Shown in pieces: positions 26,026-35,966 of a DNA stretch of 58,397 nucleotides. The first letter of the stretch is position 1; each line of letters begins with the position of its first letter. The notes under the pieces were generated by a model, which saw only the letters and a program-made list of their open reading frames with translations, did not search any database and was not told where the DNA came from. Where the stretch lies: positions 1 through 58,397 of the forward strand of contig CBDUPA010000030.1 of the NCBI GenBank assembly GCA_965368975.1, written 5' to 3'. Source of the DNA: an uncultured bacterium. GTDB lineage: Bacteria > Acidobacteriota > Thermoanaerobaculia > Multivoradales > JAHZIX01. Position numbers and translations under genes: made by a program.

Positions 26026-28821
26026 CTACTTGGCGTCGTACCAGGTAGGGCCGTCCCCGACATCCACCACCAGCGGTACCGCCAGCTGCGCCACGCCTTC
26101 CATCGCCTCGACGACCAGCGTCCGCGCCGTCTCCAGCTCCGCTTCCGGCACTTCCAGCATCAGTTCATCGTGGACGGTCAGCAGCAGCTGCGACGTCAAG
26201 CTCTCTTCGCGCAGACGCCGCTCGACCGCGATCAGCGCCAGCTTCATCAGGTCGGCAGCCGTGCCCTGGATGCGCGCGTTGATCGCCATGCGGCGCGCGT
26301 TCTCCCGCAAGTTCCAGTTGCGGCTCTTGATGTCCGGCAGCCAGCGGATACGACCGTACAGGGTCGTGACTTTGCGCTCTTCTTCGGCGCGCGCCAACGT
26401 CTCCTCGACGTACTTCTTGACGCCCGAGTACCGCTCCAGATAAGCGTCGATGAAGGTCTGCGCTTGCTTGCGCGGGATGCCGAGGTTCTGCGCCAGGCCG
26501 AAGGCACTGATGCCGTAGATGATGCCGAAGTTGATCGTCTTGGCGGCGCGGCGCTGTTCACCGCTGACCATCTCGGGCGCGATGCCGAAGACGTGAGCGG
26601 CAGTGGCGGCGTGAATGTCCTGGCCGGCGCGGAAGGCTTCCTGCAGTGCCTGCTCGTCGGCGATGTGGGCCAGCACGCGGAGCTCGATCTGGCTGTAGTC
26701 CGCGACCAGCAGACAATGCCCCTCCTTGGCGACGAAGGCCTTGCGGATACGCTGGCCCAGCTCTGTGCGCACCGGGATGTTCTGCAGATTCGGGTTGGCT
26801 GATGATAGACGCCCCGTTGCCGCCACGGCCTGATTGAAGCGCGTGTGCAGTCGGCCATCTTCGGCCACCAACAAGGGCAGAGCGTCGACGTAGGTCGACT
26901 TCAGTTTCGTGACCTCACGGTAGCGCAGCACGCGCTCCGGCATGTCGTAGCCCTGCGCCGCCAGCTGTTCCAGGATCTCGGCGCCGGTGGCGTAGGACTT
27001 CGTCTTGCGCGTGCGCTTGATCACCGGGTAACCGAGCTTCTCGAACAGGATGACCCCCAGCTGCTGGGGCGAGCCGATGTTGAATACCTCACCGGCCAGC
27101 TCGTAAATCTCGCGCTCCAGCGCGTCGACCTCCTTCTCCAGCTCGACGGACATGTCGGCCAGGAAGTCGGCATCGAGCTCGACGCCGCGCTCTTCCATGC
27201 CAAGCAGCACCGGCAGCAGCGGCACCTCCATGTCATAGTAGATGCGATCCTGGTGGGCCTCCTCGGCGCCCGCTTCGGCCAGCGGCAGAATGGCGTCCTC
27301 GGACGGCGGACGTGGACCCAGCTGCTTGCGCAGGAAGGGCTCCAACCGCCGCGCGACATCCAGCCGCTCTCCGGCGAAGGCCAGCAGCTTGCCACTGCCC
27401 AACGCTGGCAGCTCCTTCTTCACCCAGCCGGCGTCCTTGGCGTCGACCAGCGTGCGCTGTAGCCGCTCCAGGGCCAGCTCGGCTAGCGTATGACCGCGCA
27501 GCGACGGCTCCAACACGTAGGAGACGAGCATGACATCGAACAGCCGGGCGCGGATGCTCGCCGGCTCGGTGGACAGCCGCGGTAGCAGGCGCAGCACTTC
27601 CTTGAGGTCGTGCCCGAGCAGCCGCATCTCGCCGTCCCCGGCCCAGGTCTCCAGACTGTCCACGACCTGCGGCCACAGCTCCTCGCGCCGACGATCGACA
27701 TAGACGATCTCCGGCGCTTCGTCCCCGGACAGTTCGCCGGCCACCGCCGCCGCCACGCCCAGCGCCGCCTCACCCTCGTCCAGATGCCCGCCAATCGCTG
27801 CCAGCCACACCGCCTTGCCAGCCTTCAGCTCGGAGGCGAATGCCTGCCAGTCGGCTGGATCGGTCACTTCCCTCGCCGGCGCACTGGTGGTCGGATTGTC
27901 GGCTTGCAGCTCTTGCAGCAGGGTAAAGAACTCCAGCTCGGTGAACAGCTCACGCAGCGCATCGACATCGGGCGGGTCGCGGTGCAAGGCCTGTGCATCG
28001 AACGGGATGCCGAGATCGGTGTGAATGGTCACCAGGTCCTGCGACAGCTCCGCCTTGTCGCGGTGCTGCTGCAAGCCCTCGCGATAGCTCTTGCGCTTGA
28101 CTTCCTCGGCCCGCTCGAGCAACTCCGCGAGCGAGCCGTAGTCACGGATCAGCGTCTTGGCGCCCTTCTCACCGATCCCCGGCACGCCCGGCACATTGTC
28201 GCTGGCGTCGCCCATCAGAGCCAGCACGTCGACCACCTTCTCTGGCGGCACGCCGAAGTCTTCCTCGACCAGCGCCGGATCGTAGAGCTTGTCGCGCCCC
28301 GTGTGGTACATGAAGACATGCGGCCCCACCAGCTGCATCAGATCCTTGTCCGCGCTCACCAGCACCACGTCGTACCCCGCAGCCGCGGCGCTCACCGACA
28401 GCGTGCCGAGCACATCGTCCGCCTCGTAGCGCTCCAGTTCCAGGATAGGGATGCGGTAGGCGTCGATCACCTTGCGGATCCACGGAATCTGCGGCCGCAG
28501 ATCCTCCGGCATCGGCGCACGATTCGCCTTGTAGTCCTCGTACTTCTCCGAGCGCACCGTCTTGCGCGATACATCCAGCGCCACGCCGACCAGCTCCGGC
28601 TTCTCCTCGCGCAGCAGCTTGCGCAGGATCTGTAGGAAGCCGAAAATCGCGTTTGTCGGCTCACCGCGAGAGTTGGACAGGTTGCGGATGGCGTAGAAGG
28701 CCCGGAAGATGTTGGAATAGCCGTCGATGAGGAAGAGGCGTGGCCGGCCCTGCGAAGCCGAAGACGGGGCATCTACGGAAGCGCTGGCCGGAGAACGGTC
28801 GAACAGGTCTGTTTGTGACAT
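26026..28821 (-). CDS. polA: DNA polymerase I
   Basis: 5'-3' exonuclease (LIDGY, EADD, DASDNVPGVPGIGEK); polymerase motifs TGRLSS-NPNLQNIP, ADYSQIELR, AKTINFGIIYG, VHDEL; start trimmed to ATG 28821. Confidence 0.97.
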   Translation of the reverse strand: MSQTDLFDRSPASASVDAPSSASQGRPRLFLIDGYSNIFRAFYAIRNLSNSRGEPTNAIFGFLQILRKLLREEKPELVGVALDVSRKTVRSEKYEDYKANRAPMPEDLRPQIPWIRKVIDAYRIPILELERYEADDVLGTLSVSAAAAGYDVVLVSADKDLMQLVGPHVFMYHTGRDKLYDPALVEEDFGVPPEKVVDVLALMGDASDNVPGVPGIGEKGAKTLIRDYGSLAELLERAEEVKRKSYREGLQQHRDKAELSQDLVTIHTDLGIPFDAQALHRDPPDVDALRELFTELEFFTLLQELQADNPTTSAPAREVTDPADWQAFASELKAGKAVWLAAIGGHLDEGEAALGVAAAVAGELSGDEAPEIVYVDRRREELWPQVVDSLETWAGDGEMRLLGHDLKEVLRLLPRLSTEPASIRARLFDVMLVSYVLEPSLRGHTLAELALERLQRTLVDAKDAGWVKKELPALGSGKLLAFAGERLDVARRLEPFLRKQLGPRPPSEDAILPLAEAGAEEAHQDRIYYDMEVPLLPVLLGMEERGVELDADFLADMSVELEKEVDALEREIYELAGEVFNIGSPQQLGVILFEKLGYPVIKRTRKTKSYATGAEILEQLAAQGYDMPERVLRYREVTKLKSTYVDALPLLVAEDGRLHTRFNQAVAATGRLSSANPNLQNIPVRTELGQRIRKAFVAKEGHCLLVADYSQIELRVLAHIADEQALQEAFRAGQDIHAATAAHVFGIAPEMVSGEQRRAAKTINFGIIYGISAFGLAQNLGIPRKQAQTFIDAYLERYSGVKKYVEETLARAEEERKVTTLYGRIRWLPDIKSRNWNLRENARRMAINARIQGTAADLMKLALIAVERRLREESLTSQLLLTVHDELMLEVPEAELETARTLVVEAMEGVAQLAVPLVVDVGDGPTWYDAK

Positions 28822-28916
28822 GAGGCTGCTGATTCTACCGCGCACAACCCGCCAATTCGGGGAACTCGCGGGCACCAACACTCGTACAAGAAGGCGATGG
28901 AAGAAAGGAACCAAAG

Positions 28917-29195
28917 ATGGAGATGATTCCCGGCGGCCTACTGTCCTGGATCGTCATGGGGCTCTTGGCCGGCATCCTGGCACGCTTGCTGATGCCCGGA
29001 CGTCAGCGATCCGCGTCCGGTGGGCGCGCTGGCTGCGTTGTCACGACGTTGTTGGGCATCGCTGGGGCGATCCTGGGCGGTTTCTTGTCGACGATCCTCG
29101 GCTATGGCGGCCTCGGTAGCTTCGACCCGCGCAGCCTGGTAGTTGCGACCCTCGGTGCCTTGCTCTTGTTGCTGCTGGCGCGGCTGCGCGGCTGA
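28917..29195 (+). CDS. GlsB/YeaQ/YmgE (transglycosylase-associated) membrane protein
   Basis: WIVMGLLAGILARLLMPG...LLGIAGAILGGFL...VATLGALLLL. Confidence 0.9.
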   Translation: MEMIPGGLLSWIVMGLLAGILARLLMPGRQRSASGGRAGCVVTTLLGIAGAILGGFLSTILGYGGLGSFDPRSLVVATLGALLLLLLARLRG

Positions 29196-29210
29196 AACTG
29201 TACCTGGGAA

Positions 29211-29726
29211 CTAGCGTCGCACGTGCGACAGTAAGTGCCCGGCCTCCGGCAGGATCAGCTTCTCCATCGCTAGGGCTACCGCCTTGCTCGATCCAGGCAG
29301 CACGAAGATCAGCTTGCGCGCCGCAATTCCCGCGCAGGCTCGACTGAGCATGGCCGCGGCGCCGACCTGCTCGTAGGAGAGCATGCGGAACAGCTCGCCG
29401 AAGCCGTCGACGCTCTGCTCAAAAAGAGGCGCGACGGCGTCGGCAGTGACGTCACGAGGCGCGAAGCCGGTGCCGCCGGTGAGCACGATCACGTCGACAT
29501 CCCTGTCCTCTAGCGCAGATTGGACAGCACCGCGGATGGCGCCCTGCTCGTCGGACACCAGGGCGCCACCGGCAACGCGCTGACCGGCATCCTCGGCGAG
29601 CTGACGAATCAGCGGACCGCTCTTGTCCGTTTTCGGCGTGCGCGTGTCGCTGACGGTGATGACGTAGTAGCTCAGCTGGCGGCCCAGCTGAAGAGTGGCG
29701 TCCCGACGGTGTTCAGTGGCACTCAT
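29211..29726 (-). CDS. moaB: Molybdenum cofactor biosynthesis protein B (MoaB/Mog)
   Basis: ITVSDTRT...DKSG, TGGTGFAPRDVT, GFGELFR, AMLSRA, LPGS. Confidence 0.92.
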   Translation of the reverse strand: MSATEHRRDATLQLGRQLSYYVITVSDTRTPKTDKSGPLIRQLAEDAGQRVAGGALVSDEQGAIRGAVQSALEDRDVDVIVLTGGTGFAPRDVTADAVAPLFEQSVDGFGELFRMLSYEQVGAAAMLSRACAGIAARKLIFVLPGSSKAVALAMEKLILPEAGHLLSHVRR

Positions 29727-29762
29727 GCGAGAATCTTAGCCCGTTCCCGTAGACTGAGTCAC

Positions 29763-31109
29763 ATGTCCGGTGGCGAACAGAAGCTCGCACAGACCCTCAA
29801 GACCACCCTCCAGGCCGGTGCCCGCCGCGGCAAGGCCCGCCTGTCAGCATTGCTGCGTCCGCTTCCCGGACGCAATCTGCCCAAGGAACTCAGAGCCGGT
29901 CGCGTCGGACGCCTGGCCCGGCGGTTGCCGCTAGGCCTGCGGGATCCCGGCTTTGCCGATCTGCTGCGCTGCATCGACGACGACGGCATGATCCACCCGG
30001 ACAACAACGTCACGCTCTACTTTGACGGCACCCAAGCCCTCGACGCCATGCTCACTGCCATCAGCGAGGCACAGCGCGAGGTGTTGGTGGAAGCGTACAT
30101 CTTCGAGGATGACGACTCGGGCCATCGCTTCCTCGATGCCCTGGCGTCGACGGCGGCGCGGGGCGTCAATGTCAAGGTGCTGGCGGATGCCTATGGATCG
30201 TTCTGGACGCGGCGCGAGTTCTGGCAGGAGATGCGGGACGCCGGAATTGCCGTCAAGTTGTTCCACCCACTGCTCTCGAAGCTGTGGTGGCACGCCTTCC
30301 GGGATCACCGCAAGGTGATCGTCACCGACCGGCGGATCGCCTTCACCGGCGGCATGAACATCGGTGACGAGTACCTCTCGAGCGCGCGCCGCGAACGCGA
30401 CGAGTTGTGGCGCGACACGCACCTACGCCTGACCGGGCCGGCGTCCGAGGAGATGGCCGGTGTCTTCGCGGAGAGCTGGGAACGAGCCAGTGGCGAGACC
30501 CTTCCGCGCTGGTCCGACAACTGGCAGTCGAGTCCGCCGGAAGAAGAGACGCGAACGACCGACGCTGCGGTCTTGGTGCTCGAGTCGTGGCCACTGCGTG
30601 GGCACCACGAGACGGCTTCGGCCCTGGCGGCGATCGTCGAGGCGGCGAGTGAGTCGGTGTGGATCACCAACGCCTACTTCGCTCCCAACCGGCTGGCGGT
30701 GCGCATCCTCGAGCGCGCGGCGCAGCGCGGCGTCGACGTGCGCTTGCTGCTGCCGGGGCAGACCGACGTACCGCTGGTGCGACACGCTGGGCACGGCTTC
30801 TTTACGCGCCTGCTGAACTCCGGCATCCGCGTCTTCGAGTACCAGCCGGCCGTACTGCACGCCAAGACCCTGGTGGCGGACGGTCACGTGGCAGTAGTGG
30901 GATCCAGCAACCTGGATCTGCGCTCGTTCCGCTACAACGCGGAATGCAACCTGGTGCTACTCGACGCACACCTCGCCGGCCAGCTGCAACACCAGTTCCT
31001 GGCTGACCTCGAACGCTCCCAGGAGGTCCTCCTCGACACCTGGCGGCAACGCTCCTGGATGCACCGCCTGGGTGATGCACTGGCGCGCAAGCTCGGGCCG
31101 CTGCTCTGA
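29763..31109 (+). CDS. Cardiolipin synthase (phospholipase D family, ClsB-like)
   Basis: Two HKD motifs, DHRKVIVTD and LHAKTLVAD; GGMNIG; GSSNLD. Confidence 0.92.
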   Translation: MSGGEQKLAQTLKTTLQAGARRGKARLSALLRPLPGRNLPKELRAGRVGRLARRLPLGLRDPGFADLLRCIDDDGMIHPDNNVTLYFDGTQALDAMLTAISEAQREVLVEAYIFEDDDSGHRFLDALASTAARGVNVKVLADAYGSFWTRREFWQEMRDAGIAVKLFHPLLSKLWWHAFRDHRKVIVTDRRIAFTGGMNIGDEYLSSARRERDELWRDTHLRLTGPASEEMAGVFAESWERASGETLPRWSDNWQSSPPEEETRTTDAAVLVLESWPLRGHHETASALAAIVEAASESVWITNAYFAPNRLAVRILERAAQRGVDVRLLLPGQTDVPLVRHAGHGFFTRLLNSGIRVFEYQPAVLHAKTLVADGHVAVVGSSNLDLRSFRYNAECNLVLLDAHLAGQLQHQFLADLERSQEVLLDTWRQRSWMHRLGDALARKLGPLL

Positions 31110-31184
31110 CGCTGCATGGTAAACTAGTCAATTACCACGCCGAGGCACCTCGCTCCCCCCCGGGCTCTCGACACTGGAGCTACC

Positions 31185-32234
31185 ATGCCCGAGTCCCCTG
31201 AATCCAGCCACCGCCCACTCGCTACCGTTGTGCTCGCCGGATGCCTCCTGGCGTCCCCCGCGCTAGTTGCGCCCGCGCTAGCTGCACTCCTGGCGGGGAC
31301 GACCTGTACCGCTGCCGGTGGCACGGGCTGCCCTGCCGCGATTCCGGCACTCAGTCCCGGCGTTGTCACTTCGACCCTGGAGATCACCGGTTGCGACCAG
31401 ATTAGCGACGTCGATGTCGGCCTGCAGGTGCAGCACGACTGGACGGGCGACCTGCGCGTCCTGCTCGAATCGCCGACCGGCACTCGCGTGCGCCTGCTCG
31501 ATCGCCCCGTGGATACCGGCAGCGCCGTGGCGACCACCTTCGGCTGCGCTTTCGACGATGTCGACGCGGTGCTCGACGACGAGGCCGCGACCGAGGCGGC
31601 AACGGCATGCGAGGACGACCTGGGTGGAACACAGGCAGCGATCCGTGGAAGTCTACGGCCAGCCGAACTGCTCTCGGCCTTCGACGGACTCCTGGGCAAC
31701 GGTACCTGGCGGCTCTACGTCTCGGACTTCGCGGGCGACGACGCCGGCACGCTCGACGACTGGTCGCTACAGCTGACTTGCATCGACGTCGATGTCGACC
31801 TGCGCACCATCAAGACCGCCAACCTGGATTCCGCCGGCATCGGCCAAGAGGTCGACTTCCTGCTCGGTGTCGGCAACGTCGGCAGTGCTACGGCCAGCGG
31901 TGTCGTGGTCACCGACGACCTTCCCGCAGGGCTCGCCTTTGTGAGCAGCGACTGCGCCACACTGGACGCCCCACTGGCCAGCGCCTCGACGGTGCGCTGG
32001 CGGGTCGGCGATCTGGAGCCCGGTGAGCGGACCCAGTGCCTCGTCACCACGCAAGTCGATGGCAGCGTCAGCGGTCTGATCGAGAACACCATCGACGCCG
32101 TCGCCGCCCAGAGTGACGCGCTGCCGAGCGACAACCAGGCCACCGCGCAAGTGACCAGCGGCTTGTTCTTCGACGATCTGGAGACCGGGAACTTGTCGCG
32201 ATGGTCGAGCGTCGCATTTGGAGGTGCGCCATGA
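31185..32234 (+). CDS. Exported proprotein-convertase P-domain + DUF11 protein with C-terminal FFDDLETG motif
   Basis: HDWTGDLRVLLESPTG...NGTWRLYVSD...GTLDDWSL (P-domain); DLRTIKT...VVTDDLPAGLAFVS...DNQA (DUF11); tail LFFDDLETGNLSRWSS. Confidence 0.85.
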   Translation: MPESPESSHRPLATVVLAGCLLASPALVAPALAALLAGTTCTAAGGTGCPAAIPALSPGVVTSTLEITGCDQISDVDVGLQVQHDWTGDLRVLLESPTGTRVRLLDRPVDTGSAVATTFGCAFDDVDAVLDDEAATEAATACEDDLGGTQAAIRGSLRPAELLSAFDGLLGNGTWRLYVSDFAGDDAGTLDDWSLQLTCIDVDVDLRTIKTANLDSAGIGQEVDFLLGVGNVGSATASGVVVTDDLPAGLAFVSSDCATLDAPLASASTVRWRVGDLEPGERTQCLVTTQVDGSVSGLIENTIDAVAAQSDALPSDNQATAQVTSGLFFDDLETGNLSRWSSVAFGGAP

Positions 32235-34465
32235 AGCTGCAGCCAGGCTCGAGCACCAGTCCCTGGCTGAGCGGCCTCTTGCTCACTACCATGTGCCTCG
32301 TGGCCAGCCAGCCCGCCCACGCCAACCTGCTGCCCAACGGCGGCTTCGAGTCGGGCCTGACCGGCTGGACGGTGGGCGGCACCGGTGTCGTCGAGATCCT
32401 GCAGGCCGGCAACTTCAACCCCGCCATCACGCCCACGGAAGGCACCTCCTTCGCACTGCTCGCCACCGGCCCAGGCAACCGCGGCGGTGGTACCGGCAAC
32501 GTCGACGGCAACGGTACCAACGAACTGGACATCTCGACCCTGACCGTGGTCTTCACCACCACGGCCGGTACCACGCTCAGTTTCGACTGGGATTTCCTGA
32601 CTAGCGAGACGCAGGAGAGCGGCATCTACGACGATGTCTTCCTGGTCACTCTAGACGGTACCTCGATCCTCAACGGCAGCGTCAACAAGCTGTTCGGCGG
32701 TGACATCTCGCCCTTTCCGGACACCGGCGCCTACGACGGCGTCAGCTACACCGTCAACAGCCCCGGCACCACCGACAACAACGACTTCGGCGGCAGCGGC
32801 AGCGACGGACGCACCGGCTTCAACAGCTTCAGCCTCGACCTGCCGACCGCCGGCACCTACACGCTGCAATTCGTCATCGGCGACCAGACCGACAACCTGT
32901 TCGATAGTGGCCTGCTGCTCGACAATGTACAGGTACGCGAGCAGACCGACCTGGCCATCACCAAGACCGACGGCGCCACCGTCTCGGTGCCCGGCAATGC
33001 GATCAGCTACACCCTGACCGTCAGCAACGCGGGACCACAGGATGCCCTGGGCGCCACCGTCGCGGATACGTTCGTCGCCGAGCTGACCGGCGTGACCTGG
33101 GCGTGTGTGGCTGCCGGCAGCGCCTCGTGCACCAGCGCCGGCAGCGGCAACATCATCGACACTGTCGACGTGCCCGTGGGGGACACGCTCACCTACACCG
33201 TCAACGCCACGATCAGCGCCAGTGCCAGTGGCACGTTGGTCAATACCGCAACCGTCACTCCCCCAGCCACCTTGGACGACATCAACCCGGGCGACAACAG
33301 CGCCAACGACACCAACCTGCTGGCCAGCGGCACCACCGTCCAGCTGACGGACTCACTGGGCGGCGACCTGCTGATCAAGAGCGGCGGCCTGGTGTTCAAC
33401 CAGCACGCCAACACACAGCCGAGTGTCGACCAGGACGCCAGCGTCGTCGCCTTCGTCTCGAATGCCGACTACGCCGGCACCAACGGCGACATGGGCACCG
33501 AGATCTTCGTCTACGAAGCCGGTACGCTCACCCAGGCCACCAACGTCGCGACACCTCTCGACTTCCGTCACGCGGCAAATCCCGACCTCTCGCTCACCGG
33601 CCAGTGGCTGGTCTTCGAGTCGAGTGCCGACCTCACCGGCGGCAATCCGGACTGGAATCGCGAGATCTTCCGTCTCGACCGCTTGACGGGCACCCTGAGC
33701 CAGATCACCAGCACCACCAATTGCGACAACCGGGGCCCCACCGTGCGTGCCGATGGCACCCGCATCGCCTTCGACACCACCTGCACGGACCTCACCGCCG
33801 GTTTCAATGCCGACGGCAACCGTGAAGTGGTGGTGTGGAACGGCGGCACGCTCGAGTACCGGGAGACCACCGGCTGCACCAACTCCGATGCCTCGATCGC
33901 TCCCAACAACGGCAACTGGACCGCCTTCGTCTCGGACTGCGACCACGACAACGCCAACGGCGATGGCAACGTCGAGCTGTTCCACTGGCGCGGTCGCAGC
34001 AACTCGACCCCCAACCAGGTCACCGTCTCCAGCCTGGCCAGCGGTCACACCAACCAGCTGCCAGCGTCCGAGGACAACGGCCGCTTCGTCACCTTCCTCT
34101 CCAACGCCGACTACACCGGCAACAACGTCGACGGCAACCTAGAGGTCTTCCGCTACCAGCGGACCGGCGGTGGCAACATCACGCAGCTGACCGACACCTT
34201 CTTGACCCTGAACCTGTGGGCCGACATGGATGCCGACGCTGACCATGTCGTCTTCGAACAGCTCGACCTGCTCTCCGGCATCACCACCACCTACCACCTG
34301 GACCTGAACACCAGCACGTTGACTCCGATCAACGTCGAGCCGGGGACGTTCCCGGTCGTTGGCCAAGGCGGCGGCAACGCGATCGTGGTCTTCCAGGGCA
34401 CCAGTGACTTCACCGGTGGTAACGGCGACGGTAACTTCGAAGTCTGGCGGACGGTAGTGCCGTAG
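32231..34465 (+). CDS. Exported protein: beta-sandwich + DUF11 + TolB/PD40-like propeller
   Basis: GGAGG RBS and ATGA overlap; signal peptide; NGGFESG, FDSGLLLDNV, DLAITKTDG; repeated F(V/E)S.AD..G.N.DGN.E(I/V)F blades. Confidence 0.85.
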   Translation: MKLQPGSSTSPWLSGLLLTTMCLVASQPAHANLLPNGGFESGLTGWTVGGTGVVEILQAGNFNPAITPTEGTSFALLATGPGNRGGGTGNVDGNGTNELDISTLTVVFTTTAGTTLSFDWDFLTSETQESGIYDDVFLVTLDGTSILNGSVNKLFGGDISPFPDTGAYDGVSYTVNSPGTTDNNDFGGSGSDGRTGFNSFSLDLPTAGTYTLQFVIGDQTDNLFDSGLLLDNVQVREQTDLAITKTDGATVSVPGNAISYTLTVSNAGPQDALGATVADTFVAELTGVTWACVAAGSASCTSAGSGNIIDTVDVPVGDTLTYTVNATISASASGTLVNTATVTPPATLDDINPGDNSANDTNLLASGTTVQLTDSLGGDLLIKSGGLVFNQHANTQPSVDQDASVVAFVSNADYAGTNGDMGTEIFVYEAGTLTQATNVATPLDFRHAANPDLSLTGQWLVFESSADLTGGNPDWNREIFRLDRLTGTLSQITSTTNCDNRGPTVRADGTRIAFDTTCTDLTAGFNADGNREVVVWNGGTLEYRETTGCTNSDASIAPNNGNWTAFVSDCDHDNANGDGNVELFHWRGRSNSTPNQVTVSSLASGHTNQLPASEDNGRFVTFLSNADYTGNNVDGNLEVFRYQRTGGGNITQLTDTFLTLNLWADMDADADHVVFEQLDLLSGITTTYHLDLNTSTLTPINVEPGTFPVVGQGGGNAIVVFQGTSDFTGGNGDGNFEVWRTVVP

Positions 34466-34486
34466 GGCAGGATCGCCCAGTTCTTC

Positions 34487-34589
34487 CTCTGGGTAGGGGC
34501 GGCCCCATGTGGCCGCCCTCCGCCTCTGATCTCAGATCCAGAGGCGGCTACGCCGCCGGGCAGGCACACGGGCCTGCCCCTACCCAGAG
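34487..34589. repeat. Inverted pair of GTAG-type REP elements (REPIN/BIME-like)
   Basis: GTAGGGGCGGCCCCATGTGGCCGCCC (34493-34518) and, on the minus strand, GTAGGGGCAGGCCCGTGTGCCTGCCC (34583-34558); central hairpin ccgcctctg/cagaggcgg. Confidence 0.8.
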
Positions 34590-34609
34590 AGTGCAACCCC
34601 GACCGCCGA

Positions 34610-35770
34610 TCACTCCGGAAACAGCGCCCGATCGATCTCGGGAAACAGCCGCAGCGCGTTCTGGTAGTACAGCTTCTTCAGCACCTCGTCCGGCAACTCC
34701 AGGCCATACATGCGCCAGAAGGCGTGACGGCGACGGTAGTAGGGGAAGTACTCGTCCGCCGTCTCGAGAACGCGGAAGTAGGTGTGGTACTCGTCGGGAC
34801 GCCAGCTGTCCTTGCCGAACATCACGCGGTCCTGGTACCGGACCAGCCATGCACGCGCGAAGCGCGGTTGACGGCCGAGTTCGGCGAGCACGGCACCGAT
34901 CTCGGTCATCATGTTGGGTAACTCGTCCATCAATTCACCGAGGCGGGCCAGATCGTTGCCGTACCACCCCAGGTGCGCGTTGATGAACGTCGTCCCCGGG
35001 TGCTTGCGGAACACGTTGTGCTGCTCGGCCATGATCTGCTCACAGGACGGCACCTCGGCCGGGTCGCGGTATCGCTCCGGACGCTCGATCAGTTCCTGCC
35101 AGCGCTCGTTGTTGGCGTCCTTGGGCAGCCAGAAGGCGGCTGGTTCACCGCTGTGGATCAGCACCGGGATCCCGAGTTCGCCGCACTTGGCCCAGATCGG
35201 ATCGAGCCGCGGATCGTCGACGGGCACGCGCTTGCCGTCGGCGTCGAGTTGCGTCAGGCCAAGGTTCTTGTAGATCTTCAACCCGGCGGCCCCCACCGTC
35301 ACGTCCGCCTCCAGCTCGCGGACCGCTCGCTCGGTCCAACCCGCTTCACCGAAGCCTTCGAAGTCGACGTTGGTGAAGACGACAAAGCGCCCCGGTGCCA
35401 TCGAGCGCGCGTTCTCGACCGCTCGGCGCAGGTAGTCCGTATCGTTGAGAGCGAAGCGGGTTGTGCCGTCGGGCAGCTCGACGCGCCGGAAACCGCGGCC
35501 ACTCAGGTTGACCATGACCGCCATGTTCAGCTGATCCATCTCGACGATCAACGCATCGAGATCCTGATCCGCCATCCGGTACTGGTGGTTGTGCACGTCG
35601 ATGAACGGAAAGCGTGCCCGCGTCACGGGATTCTCCGGCACAACCAGGGTGGACGGTGGATCGTACTCCATGAAGTTGGGCAGGTCGGCAGGCTCGACAC
35701 CGGACTGCTGGGCCGCGAGCACGAGTCCAGACAGGAGACCGAGAACAACAAGGCCAGCGATTCGAATCAT
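34610..35770 (-). CDS. Exported amidohydrolase (Amidohydro_2-type TIM barrel)
   Basis: AAGGAG RBS, signal peptide MIRIAGLVVLGLL; IDVHNH, GLKIYK, PVLIH, INAHLG, VMFGKD, YYQNA. Confidence 0.9.
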   Translation of the reverse strand: MIRIAGLVVLGLLSGLVLAAQQSGVEPADLPNFMEYDPPSTLVVPENPVTRARFPFIDVHNHQYRMADQDLDALIVEMDQLNMAVMVNLSGRGFRRVELPDGTTRFALNDTDYLRRAVENARSMAPGRFVVFTNVDFEGFGEAGWTERAVRELEADVTVGAAGLKIYKNLGLTQLDADGKRVPVDDPRLDPIWAKCGELGIPVLIHSGEPAAFWLPKDANNERWQELIERPERYRDPAEVPSCEQIMAEQHNVFRKHPGTTFINAHLGWYGNDLARLGELMDELPNMMTEIGAVLAELGRQPRFARAWLVRYQDRVMFGKDSWRPDEYHTYFRVLETADEYFPYYRRRHAFWRMYGLELPDEVLKKLYYQNALRLFPEIDRALFPE

Positions 35771-35966
35771 GACGGGCAGCTCCTTTGCGGGCGCAGCAGA
35801 TTCAGATGGTGGACGAAGTGCAAGCAGGTACGGCAAGACATGGCGAGCGGTTGCACAGCTCCATGGCAGGAGGAAGGTACAATCTACCGAGCCATCAAGA
35901 ACCGGGCAAGCACTACTGGGCAAAGTACAACCGGGCCAACACACCCCGTCAGCAGGAGGTCGAGCC

